This document shows, in pieces, positions 12,769 through 24,694 of a stretch of DNA of 64,000 nt. Within the stretch, counting starts at the first letter, position 1. Each line of letters opens with the position of its first letter. Source of the DNA: Sarea resinae (Eukaryota). The notes under the pieces are model-generated. The model was not told the DNA's origin. It made no database searches and saw only the letters and a list, made by a program, of their open reading frames with translations. The stretch spans positions 62,001 through 126,000 of the forward strand of contig JAPEUD010000053.1 of assembly GCA_026026165.1 (NCBI GenBank), given 5' to 3'. A program made the translations under genes and the position numbers.

Positions 12769-14513
12769 TCAGCCAAACACCGAACCCGCCGGCCCCAGAC
12801 CGGGCTCGGGCACGAGTAAAGCGTCGACGTCGACGCGCTCGTAAAAGGAAATATGTCCGAAATGCTCCCAGTACTGCGCCAGTTTATCTGGCGAGATGAG
12901 GATGAGTTGCGAGGGGATGTACTGATCTATTCGCGCTTCCGCACCAGAGCAAACGTGCGATTAGCAGCTGGGCTTGTGGTAGCAGCGCCAGAGACCACAA
13001 ACAGGGCCCTGGAGTCAAATCGCAGAAGGTAATACAGGAGAGGGGAGGGGGTACGGAGAGAGAGGTAGAGAGAGGTGAGATGGAGGCTTATCTTGGACAT
13101 ACCGTTTTGGTATCCGCGTGCGGCAATGTGGCCGACGCTCCGCACGACGCGCGCGCCTTTGAACATGGGTTCCTCCGCGATGCGGATCAGGCCGCTGTCG
13201 CCAATGTCGTCGGCGATGAACGTGTATTCGCCTCGAGGCACGTTCGGGTCGCCCGTCAATTTGACGGCTTCGAGGCGGCCGTTGTAGTGGCTCGCTGCAT
13301 GCGGGGTATGGTGGCGAGGTGGGGTGGAGCCGTTGGTGGTTGAGGGTCCTGCTGCTGATGTCTCGAAACCGTCGTGACTGTTTTGACTGTCGTGTGCATT
13401 GGAATGGCCTTGAGCATCCCCTTCCTGACCCTCGCCGTCGCTTTCGTTACTACCTCCCGCCTGCGCTTGGAGTTCGTCGGCAAATTCGCCAAAGTCGATT
13501 TCTTCCTCGACCGGCCATGGCGTCTCGGCTTGCAACGAATCGTAAAAGGAGGCGAGACTGACGGGCTTCGGCATCGTGATCGACGGCTTGTCCGGCTGCA
13601 TCACGACCAGAAACTCGCAGCCGTGGCCGGAATAGTCACCCACCCATATCCCCTGGAACGGTTTCTCTTTCGTCGGCGTGTAGACCTCGGGCGCCAAGGT
13701 ACTCCAGGTCGTCACGTCCTCGCCCATGCGCACGCCCACAGGAATGGGCAGACTCCCGAATTCCATCCATCGCCGGATCCGAAACGTCGTCTCGCTAACT
13801 TGTGCGAGTTTCTGTGGGCGGTGCCCGATGCTAGAGAACAGGTCCTGGCTTTCGTTTCGGACGCGCTCCTTGGCCGGTAAAGTGCGCGGTGGCCACACTG
13901 CCGTCGACGGCGTCTGCGCAATCAGAGGAAGGGGCCGCGCGAGGAAGAAACTAGAGAAGATGCCCTGAGACGCAACGCCTCCCGTCTCCATCAGAAGCTC
14001 CTGCGAAAAGGATGATTCGTAGTCACCCGTACCGCGCTGTCCAGGGCCGATTCGCACGACAGGTGAGTCGAGATGTAAACAGACACGCGGCGAGAACGTG
14101 TGAATGATGACGTCGGGAAGCCAATCCCAGACATCAAACGTGTGGGCACCGCGCTCGGCCACGAGTCGATAGGCCTCGATACATCCTCGCCGAGGGTCAT
14201 AGCGAGCAATCGAGAGCTTTCCTGTATGTGGGCTGTCGGAGAACCAGATCTTGTGTTTCGTGAGGAACCAGTAGGGGTGGTGTGCGGCGTAGAGTTCCTT
14301 GAAGGAGGTGTGCCGGGGCGGAGAGAGGACCTGCACGCCTGGAATATTACTTTGGAATAGCTGGTGCCAGAGGAGGTCGCTTTCCGAGTGCGATTTGAGG
14401 CGGCGACATGTTCTCGAGACAATGGCGAGGTCCGTCGGAGGAAGATGGGTGAGGATCTGGTGAAGGAGCTCAGCGGGGAGAGAGAGCAACAGCGAGGGCT
14501 TCTGTTCGGTCAT
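12769..14513 (-). CDS. F-box protein with FBXO31-like (cyclin-D1-binding/DUF3506-type) C-terminal domain; 2 exons (14513-13103, 12926-12769)
   Basis: N-terminal F-box LLSLPAELLHQILTHLPPTDLAIVSRTCRRL; C-terminal GIWVGDYSGHGCEFL, LEAVKLTGDPNVPRGEYTF, GHIAARGY|DQYIPSQLILIS..LAQYWEHFGHISFYERVDVD. Confidence 0.87.
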
Positions 14514-15440
14514 GCTAGGTAGGCCGTGTTATTGTAGTCTTTGTGATTGTCAGTTCGGAATGACTCAGACTCCTGGAAAGATTATCGTCTTCGTACGGTC
14601 ATGACCGTTGACAGAAGCGGTAAGGGTGAAGGCGCGGGACGAGTGCAAGTGATGATGCAAGCCTGCTCGGCACTTATTTACACCTTATCTTATCGCGCTT
14701 ATCTACTCCTCGGCCACGCGGTTTACTCGCTGTCAACCTGCTTTGCAAAGAATTGACAATCATTAATTCTAGAGTGTAAGATTGGCTATTTACGATGGCA
14801 GCAGAGAAGATGAGGAAAGGAAAAGAAGCCGAGGGAGGGTAAGACAAGCAAGCAGACCGTATGCGGTGGAGTCACCACCATACTCATCAACAGCACGCTC
14901 ATCCACAGTATCTCGTCGCCACACAAGAGCGGGACAATTGTGGCCTTCATAGGTGATAGATTATGGAAAGGCTGAACTATACGTATCTACAAATTCCCGG
15001 CAACCTGTACAGAAGCCAAATTCCAAACCTGAGCCATTCTGCGAGGCTCCACCATCACTCTCATCACCAATACAGATACAGCAACGCGAGCAGCCAAATA
15101 CGAAGCAGCCCTGCCATGCCCCGTCTTAGTCTTTTCGGGCATTCGTCCTCCCTCTATGCTGCGATCGGCCCACCCCTGGGCGCTTGAAATGCCCGAGGAA
15201 ATCATCACGCTGTTGAATGCCAGTCGCATGCTTTTCTGTCCTCCAATGAGGCTGTGATGGACAGATGTCGGTCGTCCATCCTGGCCGCAAACCATGACTT
15301 TGAACAAATGAAAAAACTCCAGAATCTCTTGAGCCCAAGGATGACATCAGGAAGACGGCGACATAGATATTCGGCCCACCGCACCTCTTTCATTCTGTTA
15401 CGCGACCACACCGTTGCTACATCCCGAGCGGTCTCTTCCT

Positions 15441-15892
15441 TCAGCCAAACATGCTGGCTCCGCCGCTCTCAATGGCCTCAATCTCAGCCTGCGAGAACGG
15501 GGTCCGTCGGAATCGGCTGGGTAGCTCATCTCGGTCAAAGTACATGCCAGCGGGAGCTTCAACAGGTCCGAGTGACTCGCCCGACCGGGAAGAAGAGGAG
15601 GAAAAGTTGGCGCGCTGGGAGAGAGGTCCATGCTGTTGAGCCTTTTCACGGTAGGCAGCGAAAGAGTCAGGAAGGCGGTTCGATGGAGCGGCTGGGTGGG
15701 CGGCAGGTGTGTGGTCTATGGAGCCTATCAGAGTGTCAGTACGGAGAGGAATCATATTGGATGAAAGTAGAATTGAGCAATGGGTAGTTGAGTAGGAGAC
15801 ATACTCGGTGCGGAGCGTTTGCCCAGGAACCGAATGAGAGGCGTTCTGTGCTGAGCAGCAGCGGCTTGTCGCAGAACCTTTGTTGCGTTCAT
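15441..15892 (-). CDS. KGD4: 2-oxoglutarate dehydrogenase adaptor subunit (MRPS36/Ymr31 family); 2 exons (15892-15805, 15724-15441)
   Basis: MNATKVLRQAAAAQHRTPLIRFLGKR.. plus C-terminal FDRDELPSRFRRTPFSQAEIEAIESGGA family signature; GTATGT..TAG intron. Confidence 0.85.
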
Positions 15893-17015
15893 TGTGGGGA
15901 GATGACTTCGTTCGGCTTCTTGAGGGGAGAAGGGGACTGTTTCTGGGTTCCACTGGATGGCGTTTGCGGCTTGGGCGGCTTTTCACTGGGTTTGGTTTCC
16001 AGATGGAATTTTAAAATGCTGAGATGGATGATCGCGGCAGGAAGAAGTGTCGGAGTCTGGTGAGAAGCAGATGGCAGAGATAGCCCGACGACGTGGGGAG
16101 GGAGAGAGAGATAGATATAGATGCCTGCCGAGGTGGTGTGAGCATGCACGGACGTGTCTGTGTTCTCTCTGTGTGTGTCTATATGATCCGCGTGTCTCCT
16201 GCGATTGCTGCAGAGAGGTAGTGGTGGTTCGGTGTGGAGTTGATGGTGGTGGTGGTGGTTTGGGGTTGGAGTGACTGGAGTGAGTCGGGATGGCGAATCC
16301 ACAGGCTAGCACACATGAGGAATAAAGTAGGCCGAGCCGAGCCAACGTGGGCGGACGTGGGCGGAACTCACACACTGCAGGAAGGGACAGCGATGCCGCC
16401 CGAGTGGCCGACACACGGACGGGAAGACTAAGGTACGAAGAGAGACGGGGAAAAGCTTTGCAATCCATGGATGTTTCCTTGTGCTGCATTGCTGATCCGG
16501 AGACGCAGTCGGCACGCACTCGTTGCTTTTTCCCCCTCCGCCGTCAACATTGACTTTGACTTTGACATTTCCACACTCCTGCATTGCAAGGCAGACGGGA
16601 GAGCTACGGCTCCACCTCAGGCAAGCTGATGGCGTAGAAAGTCGACGTTCTTCCGGGTCATCTCAAGGAAGGCAAGTTACCTTGGGCAGTACATTTGATC
16701 AGCCGCGCTTCTCCGCATAATGACTGTCATACGCCAGTCGGAAGCACGCAAGATGCGAGGCACATGGATGGAAGCCCAAGTCGAGAGCTGGAGCACCGAG
16801 TACGGACCGCAGAAGGCAGTACGGTACTTGGTAGTACAAGATACTGCCGCTGCAGTGCCACGCACACACGACGATCGAAGAGGTATCTCGTGGTACTCCG
16901 GAGTAGTGTCCGCGGACACCAACACTCTCGAACAGCTGCAGCCAGCTCCGCTCCGCTCGAGATCAGATCAGATCAGGTCAGATCATATCATATCTCCGCC
17001 TCGTCCTCGCACGCC

Positions 17016-17230
17016 ATGCCTTGATATCCTCGACATCCTCGACATCCTTGACCTGCTTTGATATTCCCGAGATCATCGAGATCCTTGAAGCTCTACTCCA
17101 CGCCTTTGACCACCGTACATTGGCCAGACTCTTACTCCGTACTTACCTTAGGGAGAAGTACTGACGCGGCAGTCGTCCTGGCGCATCAATTCCATATCTG
17201 GGCCAGGACGTCGTCCGTACATCGGCGTCT
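17016..17230 (+). pseudogene. Possible decayed F-box gene fragment
   Basis: Frame 17048-17164 reads LTCFDIPEIIEILEALLHAFDHRTLARLLLRTYLREKY*, resembling fungal F-box starts; no in-frame ATG seen nearby; continues in another frame (DAAVVLA). Confidence 0.3.
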
Positions 17231-18149
17231 CCCGATAGCATGGTCTGCATGCACTGCACGCCTTCCATCTCCTCTAGGTATTTCTGTAGATATCTCGTGC
17301 TCTTCCACGCTTGATGACCATTCCCCTTCTGCGCCATCACTTGTGCTTTCATGAGTCCAAGTCCTACCATGTTCGATACTGATTTGGTCTCGAGCTGTAC
17401 AGCCAGAGAGTAAACCGTAAACAGTGAGCGGCAAGCCGTCCATGAATATTAGCAGAGACAACCACAGCCACAGACACAAACCGCTCGCTATCCTAGAACC
17501 AAAACCCCCCTATCATCCATCCATTCATCCACCATTCGCGTGACCACCTCAGGCAACTCACAGCGATCCCACCACCACCACCGCCATTCCCTGCCATCCT
17601 TCCTTGCCTCCCCCCTTCTGTCCAGACAAAACACCTCTCGATGCGAGCACATTCTACCATTCTACCATTCTACCATCCAGTGTTTACAAAAACACAGATC
17701 AGCCCACACCACACCCATCCATCCATCCACCCATCTATCCACTCGTCCACCCATCCAATGATCCACTCACTTACTCACTACTCACTACTCACTACTCGGT
17801 AGTCTAGGTAGCCCATCGGCAGCGATATCCCAATAAACATCTCCATGCAGACAAAAACTTACAGTACCTTACAAAACTACAGTACCCCGCCATGTATGGG
17901 AGTATACTGCAGCAGCACTACCACCACCTCGTACATTTCAACCAGTCTCGATTTTGGCTGATGAGAAAGAAGATCGGCACTGAAACCCAAGCAGCCCCGG
18001 GTGCAGCAGACAATTCTCCGGATAAAGATAAGGTACGGGACTAAGAAGAACACGTGAGAGTGCCGCGTCCCGTCGAGATCGATTCGCCTTTCCTGGCTTC
18101 CCTAGCCTAGATCAGACAGACAGGCGGATGGGGTGTGGTGCTTTTTTGT

Positions 18150-18176
18150 GGGGGGGGGGGGGGGGGGGGGGGGGGG
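18150..18176. repeat. Poly-G homopolymer (27 nt) within an SSR-rich stretch 17500-18300
   Basis: Read directly. Confidence 0.9.
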
Positions 18177-18487
18177 TTGTTTGATGACGTGCTTTGCTTT
18201 GTTCTGTTTTGCTTTGTTTTGCTTGCCTGCTTGCTGTCATACTCCGGAGTAGATTCAGAGTTCAGTTTTTTTGACTGACAAATCGCAAAGACAAACAACA
18301 ATTTTTGCCTTTCGGGACATGGCGACACGTTACGCAAGAACGCTAGACCTATTGGGATCCAAGGAGTAAGGAGTAGTTACAGTCATTCTTAACTATTCGG
18401 CGATATATCCCCCATTTCCATATTTTCTTTTTGGCGCTATATAATCAAAAGAAATTTGAAGTTTTATTTCTCTCTGCCAACACTGGC

Positions 18488-20377
18488 TCACGACCCTTGA
18501 AGGGGCTGGCCGTTGCCTCCCAACGTGACCATCTTGACCTTGCAGTACTCGTCGATACCATATTTGCTGCCTTCGCGGCCGAAACCGCTCTCCTTGATCC
18601 CGCCGAATCTATAACACAAAATTTGTCAGTCGCATTACTCCCCAGTGGTAAAAAGGGGCAGATTGGTTGTGGCAAGGGGAAGATGAGAGAACATGACTTA
18701 CGGCGCAGCAGGGTCACTGATCAGACCCGTGTTCACACCAATCATGCCAACCTCCAGCGCCTCCGCAATGCGATAGACGCGCTGAACGTCCTTGCTGAAG
18801 AAATACCCAGCAAGGCCGACCTCAGTATCGTTGGCGAGCTCAATGACTTCCTTCTCCGTCTCAAAAGGAAACAGACCGGCAACGGGTCCGAAGGTCTCCT
18901 CCTTGGCAATGGCCATCTTAGCCGTCATGCCCGTCATCACGGTCGGCTGGTAAAAGTTGCTGCCTAGCTCCGGCATCTTCTGACCTCCCACGATGATCTT
19001 GGCGCCCTGCTTCTCAGCATCTCGGACGTGTGCGTCAACCTTGTTGACGGCGCGGTCGTGGATCAATGGGCCATGGGTGATGCCTTCACCATATCCACCA
19101 CCGACCTTGAAAGCTCGGACCTTCTCCGCAAGCTTCTCGGCGAATGCGTCGTAGATGCCTTTCTGTACGTAGAGTCGATTGGCACACACGCAAGTTTGGC
19201 CAGAACTGCGGAATTTGCTGGCAACTGCACCAGCCACCGCCGCGTCCAGGTCGGCATCATCGAAGACGATGAAAGGTGCATTTCCACCAAGCTCAAACGA
19301 CAATTTTTTCAACGTGTCGGCAGACTGCTTCATCAGAAGCTTACCGATGCCGGTTGAGCCGGTAAAGGAGACTTTCTTGACGGTAGGGCTCGTGCAGAGA
19401 GTCTGGCCAATGATGGGTGTATTTTTGTGACCAGTGAGGATGTTGACAACACCCTTGGGAATGCCTGCACGGTCGGCCAGCTCAGCAATAGCCAAGGAGG
19501 TGTACGGAGTGTCTCCAGGAGTTTTAGCCACCACTGTGCAGCCTGCGGCAAGAGCAGGTCCAATTTTCCGAGTAACCATCGCCGCGGGGAAGTTCCATCT
19601 ATTCGCGCATTAGCTTGGTCTGCTGGCTTACTTTTTGCCTCAAGCTTACGGTGTGATTAGTCCACAAACTCCGACGGGCTCCTTGATCGTAAATATCCTG
19701 TTACCCGGAATAGAAGCAGGAATTGTGTCTCCAGCGACTCGCGGCGCTTCCTCACTGAACCATTCGAAGAAAGCCGCGGCATACGAAACCTCTCCCTTCG
19801 CATCTGCTGTTGGCTTTCCGTTCTCCCACGTTATTATTTTTGCCAGATCCTCCGCATTCTCCGTCATCAGATCAAACCATTTGCGCAACAGACGCGATCG
19901 CTCTCGACCGGTCGTCTTCTTGAACGACTTCAACGCCTCGCTTGCATATTCAATAGCCTTCTCCACGTCCTCTTTGTCGCACTCGGGCACAGCGCCGATA
20001 ATCTTTCCGGAGGCAGGGTCTGAGCAAGACTATTAGCATACGTCCTGCCTGATGATACGACCGGACATGAACATGCCTTTGACCTCAAAGGTCTTTCCCG
20101 ATTGGGCCTTCACCCATTGCCCATTCACGTAGCATGCATCCTTGAGCAGAGACTGGTCTTTGAGCTGTGATGAGACCAGGCATCAGTATGATTGAGGTAT
20201 CGAGCAAGATTCACGGCTGATGAGTGAAAGATCTGCTTGAGGACGACATACCGTCGGTACACTATGAGACAGAGACATGGCGTAACCTCTTGCAATGACA
20301 GATCTAGGGAGACTTGATGGACGAAATTGAGATCGAGAGAAGGAAGTTTTGGAAACAAGTGTGCGGAAGATTTGCAT
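18488..20377 (-). CDS. UGA2: Succinate-semialdehyde dehydrogenase, mitochondrial presequence; 5 exons (20377-20252, 20164-20077, 20019-19650, 19598-18702, 18608-18488); intron 2 is GC-AG
   Basis: ALDH motifs [79 protein letters not shown]. Confidence 0.93.
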
Positions 20378-21249
20378 CACGGGCAGTCAGATATGTATAG
20401 TAGCGTTCCCGAACACTGCCATCGATCAGCTGCAATCGAGAACAGTCAAGGTCGGAAAGGAATAGAAAGTGGTGCTGCTGTTGCTGCTGTTGGTTGGATT
20501 GGAGCTACTGGTCATGCACGGTTACGGGCAAGAGGCGAGTATCAATGTGGGGTACTCTACTTGGATGCGAATATCATCATCGTTACCTTATCAGGAGGCA
20601 AGTGGAGTACTGTGGGAGTACTTGATATCGCATACGCGATATGGCTGGGACACTAGTCACGAGTAGTACCAGTGACCCTCTCGGCAAAAGGTCGCGAATC
20701 TGATGGCTCTGACCCGACGCGGGTGCGAGCACCAAACTCAGGTAGAACAAGTGGAATGGATGAAAATGGATGAGCTCAATGATCGTGCATGGGTCCTCAA
20801 AGGACCAGTAACTCTGTCATCGGCTCCCATCAGCAGAAAAGTCGGCTCTCCTCTCATCCAAGGCGGCTACAAAAAATCAACAATATGAGGGGCATTGGGA
20901 GGAAAACGGCATGGGAACCCTGGGCGAATCCACTGCAACGCAGATAACGACTCCCAGAGCTTTCCCCTTTCTGGTAAAGACATCAGCACACAGCATCGAC
21001 TTCCGGCCTCGGCCCGACGGCGTTAAAGGCGGCGCTTCGATGGTCTGGTCCCATCGGCTGCAATACCCCGATAGGGATCGCCAACCCCCTGTCTTAATTT
21101 CTGTATTATCCTTTTATCGAGCACGGAATTGTATTCGATGCTACATATGCCACAGAGTCACATCACAGCTACCTCGCAATCAACAACCATGCCAACTCCC
21201 TGTTTACGCCTTGGTTGCCCCAATGCCATCAAGCTTCATAGCTAGATGT

Positions 21250-24200
21250 CTACTTGATAAATACCTCGACTTGCACTTCATTGCTCCACCCGCCGTTCAG
21301 ACCCATCTCATGCCACGCCTGCTCGGTATCGATCTTCAAGATGTTGCGAGCATCATCCTTAGCAATTGTGTGGAAAGGAACAGCGCGACCCAAGATCGTG
21401 ACCATGAAGTCATCCTCTAGAGTCCTGCTCTCGAGACCGGATATGTAAAGGCCTTCAGATGGGTCAGAGAGATATCAAAAAGGGAAACCCAGTAGGGTGC
21501 TTACCAAGAACTCCTAACGCCTTCAAAGAGGTCCAGAATCGGAGTCTACCATTGTCTTCAACGTAGATGTCAGTATTGACTATGGCGGCAGCACCAGTCA
21601 TTTTCCCGAGAAGACCGAAATTGGCGATTCGAATTTCATCTCCCGCTTCACGAGTCTTTTGAAGTTTGAACTTTTGGACTGGATGGGCGGAGAGGATCTC
21701 CCACTGTCCAACGTCGATGTCCAGAGCAACTATCGAAGCCCAGCCGTTCCTGCTTACGACGCGACTGACCTGCTCCGTCGTATGCGCGCGTACAATATAT
21801 TCGCCCACTTCTGTACCAGGAAACTCTTCCAAACTCGCCAGCTCACCAAGTCGTCTCTGGCTGACGTTGAAGACGCCAAGTATTCCCGTTCCAGTTCGCT
21901 GCCGTCCAACATATGTACCAATCTTCAAGAGCCTTTCCTCTTCGTAGCCAATATAGGCTTCGATCGTCTTTCCAATATTGTGCGGTCGTAATATGACTGT
22001 CTTACCCTGCGTCGTTTGTGCGGTCATTTGGCGAATCAATTCAAGGTTATGTTTTGCAGGCTCATCAGTGATATAGACTGGACCCCCAGAAACACATCGG
22101 GCGGCTGCATGGAAAGATGCCCATGGGTGTGCTGTTTGGAACATGTCCCAGTCAGGCAGTATGTTCAGGTGCTGTGTGAAGAGGGAGTTATGAGCATTGC
22201 AGAAAATATGCCAAGGATGGGACTCTGGAACGTCCGGGAAGAAATCTGTAAACCGTTCTGATGAGAAGTCTTCTTTAGAGAGTAAGATATATAGCTCACC
22301 GTCTGAATTGCGCACAAGCACTGTCGGCTTGTTGGTTGGCATCTGTGAATGAAACATGATCTGCGGCACCTGTGACATGCCTAGCAGAAGCTAATTAGCT
22401 GTTTGTCATAGACGCGTTTAGTAGCTCGGTCAACAACCTACATGATATAGCTCTGACCGAAAACCATCGAAGACTTTTGATGGTCCAGATATCCTGATAC
22501 GTACTGATCAGCCGTCGACGATCATCTGCATCATCAAGCTCATCCAGGTAGAATTGAGCGTCCGTCTTTACAGAGTCGACACCGGCGCTGGAAAGGAACC
22601 TGCCATTTTTGAGCAATTGAAGCTATTGTGTTAATGGCCTATATATACTGACTGGTAGAAATCCTCGTATAATCGATCAACATCATCCTCGTCAACGACT
22701 GTCATTGAGCCACCGGTAAACTGATCTTTCTTGCGAACAGTGACTGTTTTGTACTCTCGAGCTATCTTGCCTTTAGGAGCGATACCTCCCCAATAGCCAA
22801 GCTTGAAGTATGCCGATTAGCGTCCCTTTCAATTCAAAAATCAATAGTAGATGAGAAAAACGCACAATGGCATGCCAGACAGCGACATGTGCTATGTTCG
22901 GATGATATTGCCGGATCGCGAAAACTGTATGCTTAAGTCCTTGTGGAAATCCTTCTTTATTTGCCTCGAAATCGGCCCAGCCACGCTCAAACTGGGACTT
23001 CCCCTCATTATCCTATTGAAAATTAGAAACGCGTTCGAGTATCTCAGAAGTATAGCTTACCAATGACTGCCAGTTATCATCAATGATGAGATTTGTGACT
23101 GCCGATATATGCTTAGCTGGATGTCATATCAGACCGAAGCAGTGTCTACCTTTAATATTGTCTTTCTTCAAGGCATCTAGAGCATCATATATCATATTCT
23201 CGGTGAGATTCTGGCCAAGGCCATTCCATGTGCAATAGGTCAGGCCGTCATACCAATTTTGGAGCCAATCAGCTTTGACGTCGCCTTCAGTCAGTGCGGG
23301 CGTCTCTGCCTCTCTTTTGTCGTCCAGTATTTCATCTCCTCTGACGAGCTTTCGTGCATGGTACATGACGGCAGCAACAGCAGATTCAAACGTTTTTCCT
23401 ACGGCAGCAGCGGCTCGAGAAATTCCCAGAGCTGTGCGGTCGTTCCTTGCTGAGAGCGCAACGTTGCCCTCGCCGTCGGATTTGAAGAGAGACAAGACAT
23501 CGTCGATGCCACTTATGGCAAGCAAGACAAGGTGCAAACCATCTCGGCGAAGAAAAGAGCAAAGAATGGCTTCTTTCTCTGGGGAAAACTTTCCTCGCCC
23601 GTGGCGCGGAGCAAGCCAAGGAGACCACAGTCGAACAAGAGAGAACCACCTTGCAAAGGCGAGGGGCAAGCCTAATTTGACTTCTGAGAAACCTGAAGAA
23701 CGCCCTTGTGCTGCTTCGACTGGCGCGGTAATACTCCATAGGTTGGTATTTGGGGCTTCACTTGCAACGGCTCTCACATCAAGCTTGCTGTTGAGACCGC
23801 CAATGAATTCAGATAGATCAGGTGATATAGTGGGGTTTTGGAAGATGATTTGTCCGTCCGTTAGAGATGAACTCTCATTTACCCACTTCCACTGTTCTTC
23901 TGGGCTCGACCGAAACTTGACGGTGAAATTGATCGGACCGGACTCAGGCGATGCCCGTATATTTGCAGTGAAGAATCTTTTGTGTAGTCTCGGAGGACTT
24001 TCTTGGCACACAATCAACTACAGCCATTAGCATGGAGATGCGGGATGTGAAAGCTAGAAATCGTACGGGGAGCTCATTATTGGCCACATCGTGCAGAGGA
24101 AGCGCTGCCCATCGACGCTCGGCATGGTTATCATGCCATACGGCAACTTCCCATCTCTTATCGCTTGCTGACAAGTCCGTTTCCAAGAGAATTTTGAAGT

Positions 24201-24320
24201 TAATCTCGAGAAAGTCAGAATTATTTTCTTTAGTTGTCCTTGATCACTGACTGTAGAAGGTTTATATGGAACGATAGTAGCGCGGCCTAAAGGCGGAGCA
24301 CAGATCACATTGGCAAACAT
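21250..24320 (-). CDS. GH36 raffinose synthase/Sip1-like alkaline alpha-galactosidase, multi-exon (~8 introns)
   Basis: RWFSLVRLWSPWLAPRHG, DGLTYCTWNGLG, LIIDDNWQSL, AVWHAILGYWGGI, VKTDAQ, RNSDDFFP, PDWDMFQT, HAAARCVSGGPVYITDEP. Confidence 0.9.
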
Positions 24321-24694
24321 TGCGCGAAAACACAATTCTCAGCAAAAGTCTCTTATGACACTCTGCTTTATGCAAGCTCTTGAAAACAATGATTTTGATA
24401 ACAATGTCGCAAAGAATGAGCGTGCGGCCCTGTACCCGATACCTGCCCTGCTATTCTATGCTGGAAATGCGAGCGTCAGATGGCGATTGGAACACCATTG
24501 AAGTTCACAACAATGACGAATGCAGCAGAACGTGGGGATGACGGAGTTACCCTGCTGAAGCCGAACGACCACCCGGTGTTGCTGACTAATCATCCACTTC
24601 GCGCCGCGCTTGGAGCTATTGCTACAGGAAGGAAGCTTCAGGTACCAAATGTTTTTGCGAATTGCTAGCAGTGCTATATTGCTGCCATACTGCG

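Noticed and set aside
15889..16302. 137-codon ORF whose stop overlaps the KGD4 ATG
   Set aside because: Starts at GTG, low complexity, typical promoter/UTR sequence
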